64,000 bases of DNA from Amoebidium appalachense (Eukaryota > Protista > Ichthyosporea). Under the pieces are notes generated by a model, which was not told where the DNA came from, ran no database searches, and was given only the letters and a program-made list of their open reading frames with translations. Positions 1-12,440 of the stretch are shown in pieces; position 1 is the first letter of the stretch; every line of letters begins with the position of its first letter. The position numbers and the translations under genes were made by a program. The DNA lies in contig CAVNZM010000003.1 of NCBI GenBank assembly GCA_963693365.1, positions 5,390,472 to 5,454,471 of the forward strand, written 5' to 3'.

Positions 1-1269
1 TCATGGCCCCGGGGCAGCAGCGTCAATGACAGCGTCACCTACCCCGACGAACTTCAGTACATTCGAGCACGGGACGTCACCCAGCTCATTCTCGACGCAG
101 GCCCCGGCTGCTACATGGCCGTGGCAGACGTGCAGGCTGCCTTCCGGCACATGCCCATCCGACCAGAAGACCATCACTTAATGGCATTCAGATGGCAGGG
201 GCATTTTTACGTTGACACCCGACTGCCCTTCGGCCTGAAATCTAGCCCAGCCATCTGGGAACGGATCGCGGCCACCCTCCAGTGGCTGGCACACCAGCAC
301 GGTGTTACCCTCATCCGCCACTACGTAGACGACTGGATTATAGTCGCCCCCACCCAAGAGCAGTGCCAACGTCACCTATCCACCTTCCTGCAACTCTGCC
401 GAGAGCTGCACATTGCCATCTCCGAAGACAAGATGCAGGGCCCGGCTACCCGTATTGTCTTCATCGGTATCGAATTCGACTCCGTCACCATGGAGGCACG
501 GATCCCTGCTTCCAAACTCTCGGACCTACTCGACCTCACTTCCCACCCAACACCCACCATCACCATTCGGGACCTGCAATCCCTCCTCGGAAAACTCACC
601 TGGTGTGCCCAGCTGGTCCCCCCCGGGCGGGCCTTCTCCCAGCGCCTATGGGCCCTTCTCCGAAAACACCCACACCTTGCCGGGCACCACCACATACGGC
701 TGTCTGCTGCCGCCCGGGCAGACATAACCGAATGGCACCAGTTCCTCACATCATGGAATGGGGTGCACCTTATCACCCCCCCCACATACACCACCCTGGC
801 CACCGATGCTGCCGGTGTAATCCGTGGGTCTAGGGGGCCACTGGCTCGACCAATGGTTTTTCATGCCCTGGTCTCCCCCGACCCAAGCCCTCTATACTCA
901 TGAGGGTAAACTCGGTTCCTCCGTCATCGAACTCTTGGCCATCGCAGCCGCCGTGGCCCTCTGGGCCCCCTCCTGGTCCACCCACCATGTCCGTATTTTA
1001 TGCGACAACACGGGTGCTGTGTCTGACCGCACTCCCGGTCTTCCCCCCACCCCGTGATGGCCAAACTTATTCGGTTCATCACCCGCATGGAAATGCAATA
1101 CCAATTTACGTTACAGGCCTCCTACCTACCGGGACCCCTCAACCATCTAGCCGATGCCATTTCTCGTAACCAACTTCCCCGAGCCCGACGACTCCGACCT
1201 TCCCTGCAACCGGAGCCCTGCCCCTTCCCCTCCTGGGTCCACGAGTTCCTATCCTATCCCCTGGGCTAA
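1..1269 (+). pseudogene. Reverse transcriptase-RNase H of the Ngaro element, frameshifted near 820 and 1030-1050
   Basis: Frame is open from base 1 (SVND...ADVQAAFR, RLPFGLKSSP, HYVDD). RNase H motifs TDAA, ELLAI, CDN and NHLADAISR are spread over ORFs 115-903, 824-1057 and 1054-1269. Breaks may be mutations or consensus errors. Confidence 0.88.
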
Positions 1270-1325
1270 CCCCCCCCCCCCCCCCCCCCCCCCCAGATCT
1301 CCCCTTCCGGAGCAACGCCGGCAGA

Positions 1326-2357
1326 TTGGCCCCCCACTTTGCTCCGGCCGAGCTGCTTCGAGCCACCACTACCCTGCAGGAATGCCAGGCCCTGAGTCTC
1401 AACCTCGACTCTCGGGCCTTTTACTCCCGGGTGCAAAAAGTGTTCATCGATTTTTGTGTGGCATCTCGGCTGCAGTCCTCCTCCGGGTCCTACCTCCCGG
1501 CCTCCCCACACACCGTGCAGCTCTTTCTCGCCTGGTGTGCCCAACGAGGGGTACAGGCCTCTTCCTTGGCCGGCTACAATTCGGCCATCACCAGACTCCA
1601 CCTCGACATGGGCCTCCCTGCTCCCTACCCCCACGACAAGTCTCTGGCCTGGTTCCTACGAGGGGTGGGCAGATGGCAGCTTTCTCACAACATCCGGCCC
1701 CGATCATCTACCAGGGAGCCCCTCCTGCCCTCCCACCTCAGCCTACTCCATGGCCAGTGCCCCACCAAGGCCTCCTCGGCCAATCTCCGGCTATGGACGG
1801 TCCTCATCGTCGGTTTTTGTGGTCTCCTCCGTTCGGGGGAATTTACCTCCAAGACCCTGACTTCCTTCGACCCGTCCCGTCACGTTAAAAGGAAGGACGT
1901 GACCTTCAGCTACACCCCCTCCGGTACTTTGTCCCATGCCACCCTCCACCTGCCAACCTCCAAGACGGATGTACAGGCCCAAGGTGTCAACGTCACTCTC
2001 GCTGCCCTGCCCCTCACCCACTTCTCCCCAGCCCATCTCCTCCGGCAGTTCCTGGATACAACGTCCGGTCAACCCGACGACCCCCTGTTCAGTCTCGGTG
2101 GCATTCCCTACACCAAGGGTGCTTTCTCTGCCGACTTCCGTGCTCTCCTCTCCCGGGCAGGCCTCTCACCCTCCCGGTTTGCCGGCCACAGCCTCCGAAT
2201 CGGGGGGGCCACAGCCCTGGCTGAGGCCGGGGTCGACAACTCCCGGATCAAACAACTCGGCAGATGGTCCTCCGACTGTTTCCTGATCTATACTCGACTT
2301 CGCCCGGCCTCCATTACTGCCACTACCACACGTGTATTCGCCTCTATTCTTAAGTGA
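1326..2357 (+). CDS. Tyrosine recombinase (phage-integrase family) of the Ngaro element
   Basis: Catalytic set present in an uninterrupted ORF: LLRSGEF (R), SKTD (K), GHSLRIGGAT (HxxR), GRW (W), FLIY (Y). True start codon uncertain. Confidence 0.93.
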   Translation: MAPHFAPAELLRATTTLQECQALSLNLDSRAFYSRVQKVFIDFCVASRLQSSSGSYLPASPHTVQLFLAWCAQRGVQASSLAGYNSAITRLHLDMGLPAPYPHDKSLAWFLRGVGRWQLSHNIRPRSSTREPLLPSHLSLLHGQCPTKASSANLRLWTVLIVGFCGLLRSGEFTSKTLTSFDPSRHVKRKDVTFSYTPSGTLSHATLHLPTSKTDVQAQGVNVTLAALPLTHFSPAHLLRQFLDTTSGQPDDPLFSLGGIPYTKGAFSADFRALLSRAGLSPSRFAGHSLRIGGATALAEAGVDNSRIKQLGRWSSDCFLIYTRLRPASITATTTRVFASILK

Positions 2358-2385
2358 AACCTTTGGAGCAAGCATACTGCTCTCG

Positions 2386-3045
2386 TGCCGTGGTTTACAA
2401 CCATTGCAGGTTCACTTTCGTCCAAGGGGATGTCCCCCTAGAGGCAACACACGTCCCGGAGTAGTTTTCATAGAAGTTTTATTTGTGGAATTTATTGACA
2501 TAAATATTTTTTCTGGGTAAACACGTAGGATGGGTGTTCGGTATCAACATAACCATGTAGGCTTCGTTTCGTGTTTTAGCAGTTCGCGGTTGGCTGCCCG
2601 CACACGGGCACCTATTAGCCAATCAAAACATCAGATTCCACATATCACTAGACCGAGTTTCGATTGGCTCGGATCAGATTTCACATATCACTAGATCGAT
2701 TTTTGATTGGCTCAAATCGGTAGGCTTAGGTATATAAGCACGACAGTTTTTAGCAGATCAGCAAGCTACAAACACATCTTCTGTGTTTAGCACTCACAGC
2801 CTTACAGCTATATATTCCTTTTTTCACCCACCCACCTACACCCACACTCAACCCCCATTGATCCACACATACGTGCTGTTTTTTCACGGGGCGAAGACTT
2901 CCCCCGTTTTTTGGGCACAAGGACCTCACGGATCAATAAATTGATGACTGGGGGCTTGCCGTGGTTTACAACCATTGCAGGTTCACTTTCGTCCAAGGGG
3001 ATGTCCCCCTAGAGGCAACACACGTCCCGGAGTAGTTTTCATAGA
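2386..3045 (+). repeat. Split direct repeats B1 (2386-2474) and B2 (2957-3045)
   Basis: Identical 89-bp sequence tgccgtggtttacaacc...gtagttttcataga occurs twice. Confidence 0.95.
2610..2940 (+). promoter_or_regulatory. Promoter-like block in the putative Ngaro A2 repeat
   Basis: CCAAT at 2619, ATTGG boxes within a ~44-bp tandem duplication (about 2630-2715), TATATAA at 2731, AATAAA at 2935. Confidence 0.55.
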
Positions 3046-3475
3046 TAAAAAATTGTTATGAAAGCCATGAGTGAGTAAGCCTTGCATATGAACCAAAAAC
3101 AAAAGACGAACTTTGAAAGCCGACTCGGACAGAGTCGCTTTGGGGCGTGTACAAGACGCTACATTTCTAGTTTTTTTTTTCTTCGGGTTTATCTTGATCT
3201 GCATAACGTTAATGTGAAGCATACCTGAAACGGAGCAGCAGCGGTGTGGGACAAAAAAAAAAAAAAAAAAAAAAAAAAAGATTTCTTGCTGTGCAAAAAC
3301 AGGATTACAAATGATATTCAACATATATGCAAAACTCCGGCACATGCATGCACACAGGTACCATGAGAATGTGCGAACACCTCTATGTACAGTGCTAGTC
3401 TAGAGTGCATGCTACATCATACAGATCGGCCCATTTTGATGGGTGGACGTCCCCTTTTTAAAGGCACGTCAAGTC

Positions 3476-6702
<3,227 letters not shown>

Positions 6703-7326
6703 TTTAGAGCCTAAGAGTGCACAGTGATCTGTATTCATTGCCTTACAGGGGCATATCCAATATGACCAAAAGGGGGATGATATCTTGCAACACTATGTGT
6801 TATCAAAGCAATATGACTCCCGAGCTCCCGGGGTGCCGGGGGGGGGGGGGGGGGGGAGGGGAGATGGCGCGGATTAGATCGTTGGGGAGGGGGAGGGACG
6901 GCCGATAATGAAGGTGGAAGCCAACGTGACCAGATCGAGGAGGAAGGGGGGGGGGGGGGGGGGGGGGGGGAGGGGGGGGATGGAGAAAACGGGAGCGGTG
7001 TGTACTGAATAATATATGGGGCGGCAAGAGAGGGAATGGTACATGGCGGCAGTTGACCTGTCATTTTGCATCTATCTGATTGGCGGAAATTGGTGGAGAT
7101 CAAGAATTTTCAAGTTGTGTGAAAACCAATCAAAAACCATTCGTGTTTTAGTAGACCGCAGACACAGTACCATTTCTGCTCTGGCGTTGACTAATAGCAA
7201 TTCGCTAAACCGACAGGTCTCATGTGCCATTTTTCTCTTTCCGTTGCATGGTAACGAGGAGGAAGGTATAATAAAGTGCAGGGGAGGAGTGCAGGCTTCG
7301 TGGTGGTGGTGGTTTTTTTTTTGTTT

Positions 7327-7367
<41 letters not shown>

Positions 7368-7399
7368 AATTCTAGTTCTCTTTGGCACTTCCCTGCCGC

Positions 7400-7560
7400 G
7401 CCATTTTCAACTTCCATCCATGAAAAACAAGTCACATTCAACTAAAAAGAACCCCTGTGGGGGGAGGGGGTGCTAAGTCTAGTTTTCCTTCTCCTGCGGG
7501 CACCATTTTAAACTTCCATCCATGACACACGGGTCACATTCAGCTAAGAAGAACCCCCCT
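7400..7560. repeat. Diverged ~57-bp direct repeat with ~100-bp period
   Basis: ccatttt.aacttccatccatga...gtcacattca.ctaa.aagaacccc at about 7401 and 7503. Confidence 0.7.
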
Positions 7561-7778
7561 CCCCCCCCCCCCCCCCCCCCCCTCCCCCCATGTATCAGCG
7601 CCCCCCTCCCCCCCCCCCTCCCCTCGCCGCAGTTGCCTCTCCCTCGCCCGTGCCAGCACAAATAACCAACCACCCCCCTCCTCGACGTAGGCAAGTGCCT
7701 GCTGTCACCACTCATTTCCACCCCTTAATTTCTTTTTTACACTAACGGCTAAAAAGTCAGAGAGCTGGGCAAGGTTAC

Positions 7779-8041
7779 TGTGGTGGTTTGCAGGCTCGCA
7801 TTGACTGTTGGTGTTGGCTGAATCTGCATCACCATTGTATCGCCTTCCTTCTCTTTCATTTTCTTTTCCATTATATAAGAGAGATGCAAGAGAGGGTACG
7901 TGTACGTCTGCCCCATTTTTTACATTTTTTTACCTTCCACAACGGAAGCAACAAGAAGCCAATGTAGTTTTTTTCCCCACGGGGAGGAGGGGGTTGGGGG
8001 GAAGGGAGGAGGGCCCCGAGGAGGGGGGTCTCGAGGGGTTG

Positions 8042-8107
<66 letters not shown>

Positions 8108-8304
8108 GTGTGTGCGCGCGTGTGTGTGCACGTGTGTGTGTGTGTGTGTGTGTGTGCTTGGGCGAAGAGAACGAGGGGGGGGGAGTTGGAGGGGGAAGGG
8201 GGGAGGGGGGAGGGTCAAAACGTGCTTACCCTTGCGCATATCGACACAGCAGGGGTGTGCCGGGCTAAAGACATGCTGCAAGTTGCAGCCCTCTGTCCAA
8301 ACAT
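7779..8304 (-). CDS. Probable upstream exons of the AP2 gene: 8304-8230 ([25 protein letters not shown]) and 7823-7779
   Basis: GT-AG bounded and conserved collinearly in the inverted paralog at 20453-20535 and 21120-21167. The splice path to the 6702 exon is unresolved. Confidence 0.45.
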
Positions 8305-9216
8305 GGTCTGTGGTGATGGTGGTACAGAAGACCGTGTGAGGGAGAAATGGGAGGGGAGGAGGTGAAGGAGGCGGCGGGGGGGGGGGGAGGTGGTTAGCCA
8401 TGGAGTCTTTTTGTGTTCGTGAGTTTCGTGGCCTGAAAATTATTCATCGAACAAGAAATGGGAGGTGCATAGATGGTGAGAACTACAATTCGGTCAGAGA
8501 ATAAAGGTATGGTGTGAGAGGTGCTAGTAGTGGCGGTGCTGTTTAATGGGTGGGTGGGTAGATGGGGAGAAGCGGCATCTAGGTAATAGTGAAACGGTCG
8601 ATGGAATGCATGGGTAGGTTTTTCCCGGGGGTGGGAGAGGGGTGGGGTGGGAGGAGGGGGCGGGAGACGGGTAGGGGGGAGGGAGGGGCGAGGGGAGGAG
8701 GGGGGGGGGGGGGGGGGGAGGGGGGGGAGGGGCAGAGGGGGGGGGGGGGGGGGGGGGGGGTCTAACCGAACTTATTTTTTTGCACGGTCAGCAGGAATTC
8801 TTCCCGGCAGGAATCCAGCAGCAAGGCGGCAAGACCGTACGGGTGCAAGAAGAAGCTACAAGAAGTCGGAGCTGAAAGACATGGAAGTGACGGCTATCCA
8901 ACCAAATACCACGGCCATCTAGAAACACTGTAGATGGCCGTGCCAAATACCCAAACCCAAACCTAGATTTTAAACCCAGATGTCACGCATGCGGCATGAC
9001 CGCCGCTTCGCACTGCACGCCTATGTATTATAAAGACACAAAAAATGTATACTAAAATGAAACATTATAAAACATACAAGTATTTATGTTGCGTAATAAG
9101 GTATCATTTTTGAGCCGAAAATGTACCAGAAATATGCTTAAATCTTAGTTCTTGGCGTTTTCTTGCTTCTTCTTGTTGTCTCTGAAGATTTGGGTTTGGG
9201 TTTGGGAATCTAGAAG

Positions 9217-9361
<145 letters not shown>

Positions 9362-9494
9362 TTCTAGATTCTTATCCCAAACCCAGATTTTGGACCGTGA
9401 AACCCAAATCACCTGCTATATTTGGAAAAGATGTGCTATTAAAGAGGCGCTTTTCTTATAAGATTCAGGTGCTCGATGGTGATCTATGGCGATA

Positions 9495-11464
9495 ACAAAA
9501 GGAAAGTGATCGTGCTATTAAACCTGATCTTACTATCATGTTAAGCTCTCTCTTTTCTTGGTGTGTTAAATGTGGACATGTCCCGTCATCTTGGTTAGAT
9601 ACCTTAGTGATCCCCATAGTTAAGAAGGACTCTGAGGGCCCCATATCATCCTTTCGCCCCATTACACTAACCCAGGTTGTTCGTAGATTCTTTGAAGCTT
9701 GCTTACTTAGGTTATTTGCACATCACCCTAGGTTTCAATCTATTCTTCACATACACCCATGCCAATCCGCTTTTCGTAAAAACAATTCATGTTATGTTCA
9801 AATAATGGCACTGCACGATTCTATGCAAGTTGGTGCACGATATGTTGGCTTTATTGATTGGAAAACTGCTTACGATTCTGTCTCACCTGGTCTCCTATGG
9901 GAAAAGCTTGCTGCACGGGGTGTACCACACTGCATTGGTGTTCTGTTAGAAGCACTCTTGTCTCAAACCTATGGTAGAGCTGTGGTCAATGGGCATCTTT
10001 CATATGGTTTTGCTCGTACTAGAGGTCTCTTGCAGGGTTCATTGCTTAGCCCCTTTTTGTTTAACCTATTTATAGATGATTTGGCTGTCAAGATTTACGC
10101 CGAAAACGATGACCCTATTAATAACTTTCCGCCTGCACTTCTCTATGCTGATGATCTGTCCCTCCTTGCCCGTACCCCTAGACGCCTGCAAAGATTGTTC
10201 GATGTAGTGTCAGAGTGGTGCAAGGCAAACCTTATGATCCTTAACATAGACAAATGTGGTGTTCTTGTACCTGATATAGCCAACAATTTCCACACATTTA
10301 CATTATCATCTAAACCTGTACCTATAGTTCCAGAATACAAATATCTTGGTGTTCCGGTTGATTCTGTTGGTGTTATGTTTCCCCATATGGTCGAAAAGAG
10401 GGTAGAGTTGGCTCGTAAGCGGTTAGCTTTCTTCTCGGCTAATATTTTTAAAGACATACCCCTCCATCCTTCTATTAGACTTACATTTATTCGCACTTTT
10501 GTCTTCCCGGCATGTGAATATGGTTTACCCCTTCTCGCCGCTTGGATCAAGAAAGAGAGAACTAGAGCGCTTAAACCCTTGGCAAATTTCCTTGAAGCAG
10601 AAGTTGCCTCCTTTCTATCTAACAACTGTTGTAAACCTGGGCCTGTAACGCTCTCGATATATGGTCTGGTCCCAATAGCTGCTAGAGTATCCTATCTCGC
10701 GCTGAAATTCAATAAGCACATAAGCCGCTTAAAGAAGTATTTGCCCTCCCACCCTCTCTTCTCTATCCGACCTGTCCCCTCCTCACCTCTCCCCTCTTTC
10801 CTTCCCTCTCTCTCCCCTTCTCCCCTGGGCACAAATACAAATAAACCCCGCAATAGTGTGTGTGTGACTTTGGACTGCCACTTACTTATTAAACATGTAC
10901 ACAATCACAAGATAATCACGCAATATAACAAATGGAAAAAGATACCACACGACACTAGACCCGATGAAAGCATACACCTTGAAAAACTAAGCCTTATTAT
11001 GTCTCGTTTTATATATACTGACCGCCTCAACCATATTGCCAAATATGGCACTCGCAAATGTATAACACCTAAATACATATTACCTTCCTGTAGAACTGGT
11101 CTTTCTCTAGCTGATGGTATTATTGATCAATTACCACGCTTTTACTGTACACGTGCTATACAGTGGAGATCTAATAAGTATAAGGTGGCATCATTTGCAT
11201 GCCCAAACAACACACACACACACCAGTTTAACCGGTCATGTATCGCCAAATGTAGTTTGATAGACCACATAATACCGCAACACACACACGTCACATTCAC
11301 AACAGACACCCAGAAAGATAGCCTACCTGTAAATTACAACATCCTTGATTTTATACTAAACACGCGTAACTACGACCTGTTTATTAGATGTATTGATTGG
11401 CTTGAGAAACACATCACTACAAAATTCTAGCGCACGCGCACACAAACACACTCACACACACTCA

Positions 11465-11556
<92 letters not shown>

Positions 11557-11587
11557 CCAGCTGATACCGAGTGTCCCAGGGGAGCCC

Positions 11588-11655
<68 letters not shown>

Positions 11656-11850
11656 GGGGAACCCCAACTAATTGATCTCTCCTTGTAGTCTTTATGGTGT
11701 CTCGTAGAGAAAGTAAACCCTGATATATAGTCATCACCCGACATCTATGTACGTGATCATGATATACCGCTGAGGGGATATTCCGAGCAAAACCCCCCCC
11801 ATACCTGAGACTGGTTTCTCTTTGCCTCGAGTAAACAGCGTAAACCCCCC
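9495..11850 (+). mobile_element. 5'-truncated LINE (non-LTR retrotransposon), same family as 27891-31605
   Basis: Near-identical to the 3' 2.35 kb of the full-length copy. TSD ctatggc at 9484-9490 and 11851-11857. Confidence 0.95.
9538..11430 (+). CDS. Truncated LINE ORF: RT plus C-terminal Cys/His region, endonuclease missing
   Basis: FRPITL, FIDWKTAYDSV, GLLQGSLLSP, YADD, YKYLG. One visible amino-acid difference from the full copy (FYCTR vs FSCTR). Confidence 0.92.
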   Translation: MLSSLFSWCVKCGHVPSSWLDTLVIPIVKKDSEGPISSFRPITLTQVVRRFFEACLLRLFAHHPRFQSILHIHPCQSAFRKNNSCYVQIMALHDSMQVGARYVGFIDWKTAYDSVSPGLLWEKLAARGVPHCIGVLLEALLSQTYGRAVVNGHLSYGFARTRGLLQGSLLSPFLFNLFIDDLAVKIYAENDDPINNFPPALLYADDLSLLARTPRRLQRLFDVVSEWCKANLMILNIDKCGVLVPDIANNFHTFTLSSKPVPIVPEYKYLGVPVDSVGVMFPHMVEKRVELARKRLAFFSANIFKDIPLHPSIRLTFIRTFVFPACEYGLPLLAAWIKKERTRALKPLANFLEAEVASFLSNNCCKPGPVTLSIYGLVPIAARVSYLALKFNKHISRLKKYLPSHPLFSIRPVPSSPLPSFLPSLSPSPLGTNTNKPRNSVCVTLDCHLLIKHVHNHKIITQYNKWKKIPHDTRPDESIHLEKLSLIMSRFIYTDRLNHIAKYGTRKCITPKYILPSCRTGLSLADGIIDQLPRFYCTRAIQWRSNKYKVASFACPNNTHTHQFNRSCIAKCSLIDHIIPQHTHVTFTTDTQKDSLPVNYNILDFILNTRNYDLFIRCIDWLEKHITTKF

Positions 11851-12440
11851 CTATGGCATATCCGACCACGCGATGATTGGTAGCAGATTGAAAATAACCA
11901 ATCGACCATCAATACTAATACTAAATCTAGGAATCTGGGTTTGGTTGGGTCAGTTGGGTGGGGTATAGTCGCCTAGTGAGCTCGAGCAGTCCGGCTGCGC
12001 AGCGGATATTGATGCTACCAAAATGTAAGGGTTTTACTGAAAATAGAAAATCAAAAATATATTTTTCGAGATGGCCATGGTACCGGCTGTCTTGAGGAAG
12101 GGAGTGACGTCATCAGGTGCGTGTTTGACCAATCGTTCAAATGAATGTGTTTGCGCAAACGCTAGCGTGCAGCCACCATAATGGCCCAGCAGAACAGCAC
12201 GACGCTTCATCACAAACTTATTGTAGGGAGTCCACGACGCAGACATTTAGGAGTCTTAACTGTGACATGCATGATACACACAGGATGTCTCGATGCACAC
12301 ACAATAGTTGACTTCGGCAGGTGCTCACTCTTGGCACAAGTGCCCCCGTCCTAGCGCCCCACCGCACCTGGAAACAAGCGACGGAATTAGAATAAGGCTA
12401 TCATCTGGATCTGGAACATTTGCTTACTGGGGCTCTAGAC

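Larger units (their letters stand above)
1..3045 (+). mobile_element. Ngaro-type (DIRS order) tyrosine-recombinase retrotransposon, 3' part; 5' end lies outside the window
   Basis: RT, RNase H and tyrosine recombinase ORFs in order, followed by an 89-bp direct repeat pair (2386-2474, 2957-3045) around a promoter-like block, matching the B1-A2-B2 split-direct-repeat end of Ngaro elements. Confidence 0.9.

Noticed and set aside
2386-3045. CRISPR-like repeat-spacer structure
   Set aside because: Only two 89-bp repeats in a eukaryotic context, explained by Ngaro split direct repeats.
11760-11850. Hammerhead ribozyme in the LINE tail (CTGAGGG...CGAG)
   Set aside because: Lacks the CUGANGA and GAAA cores.
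9470-11900. Reconstructed LINE target reads VIYGISDHAMIG, like an endonuclease SDH motif
   Set aside because: Too short, with no other endonuclease motifs in frame; could be chance.
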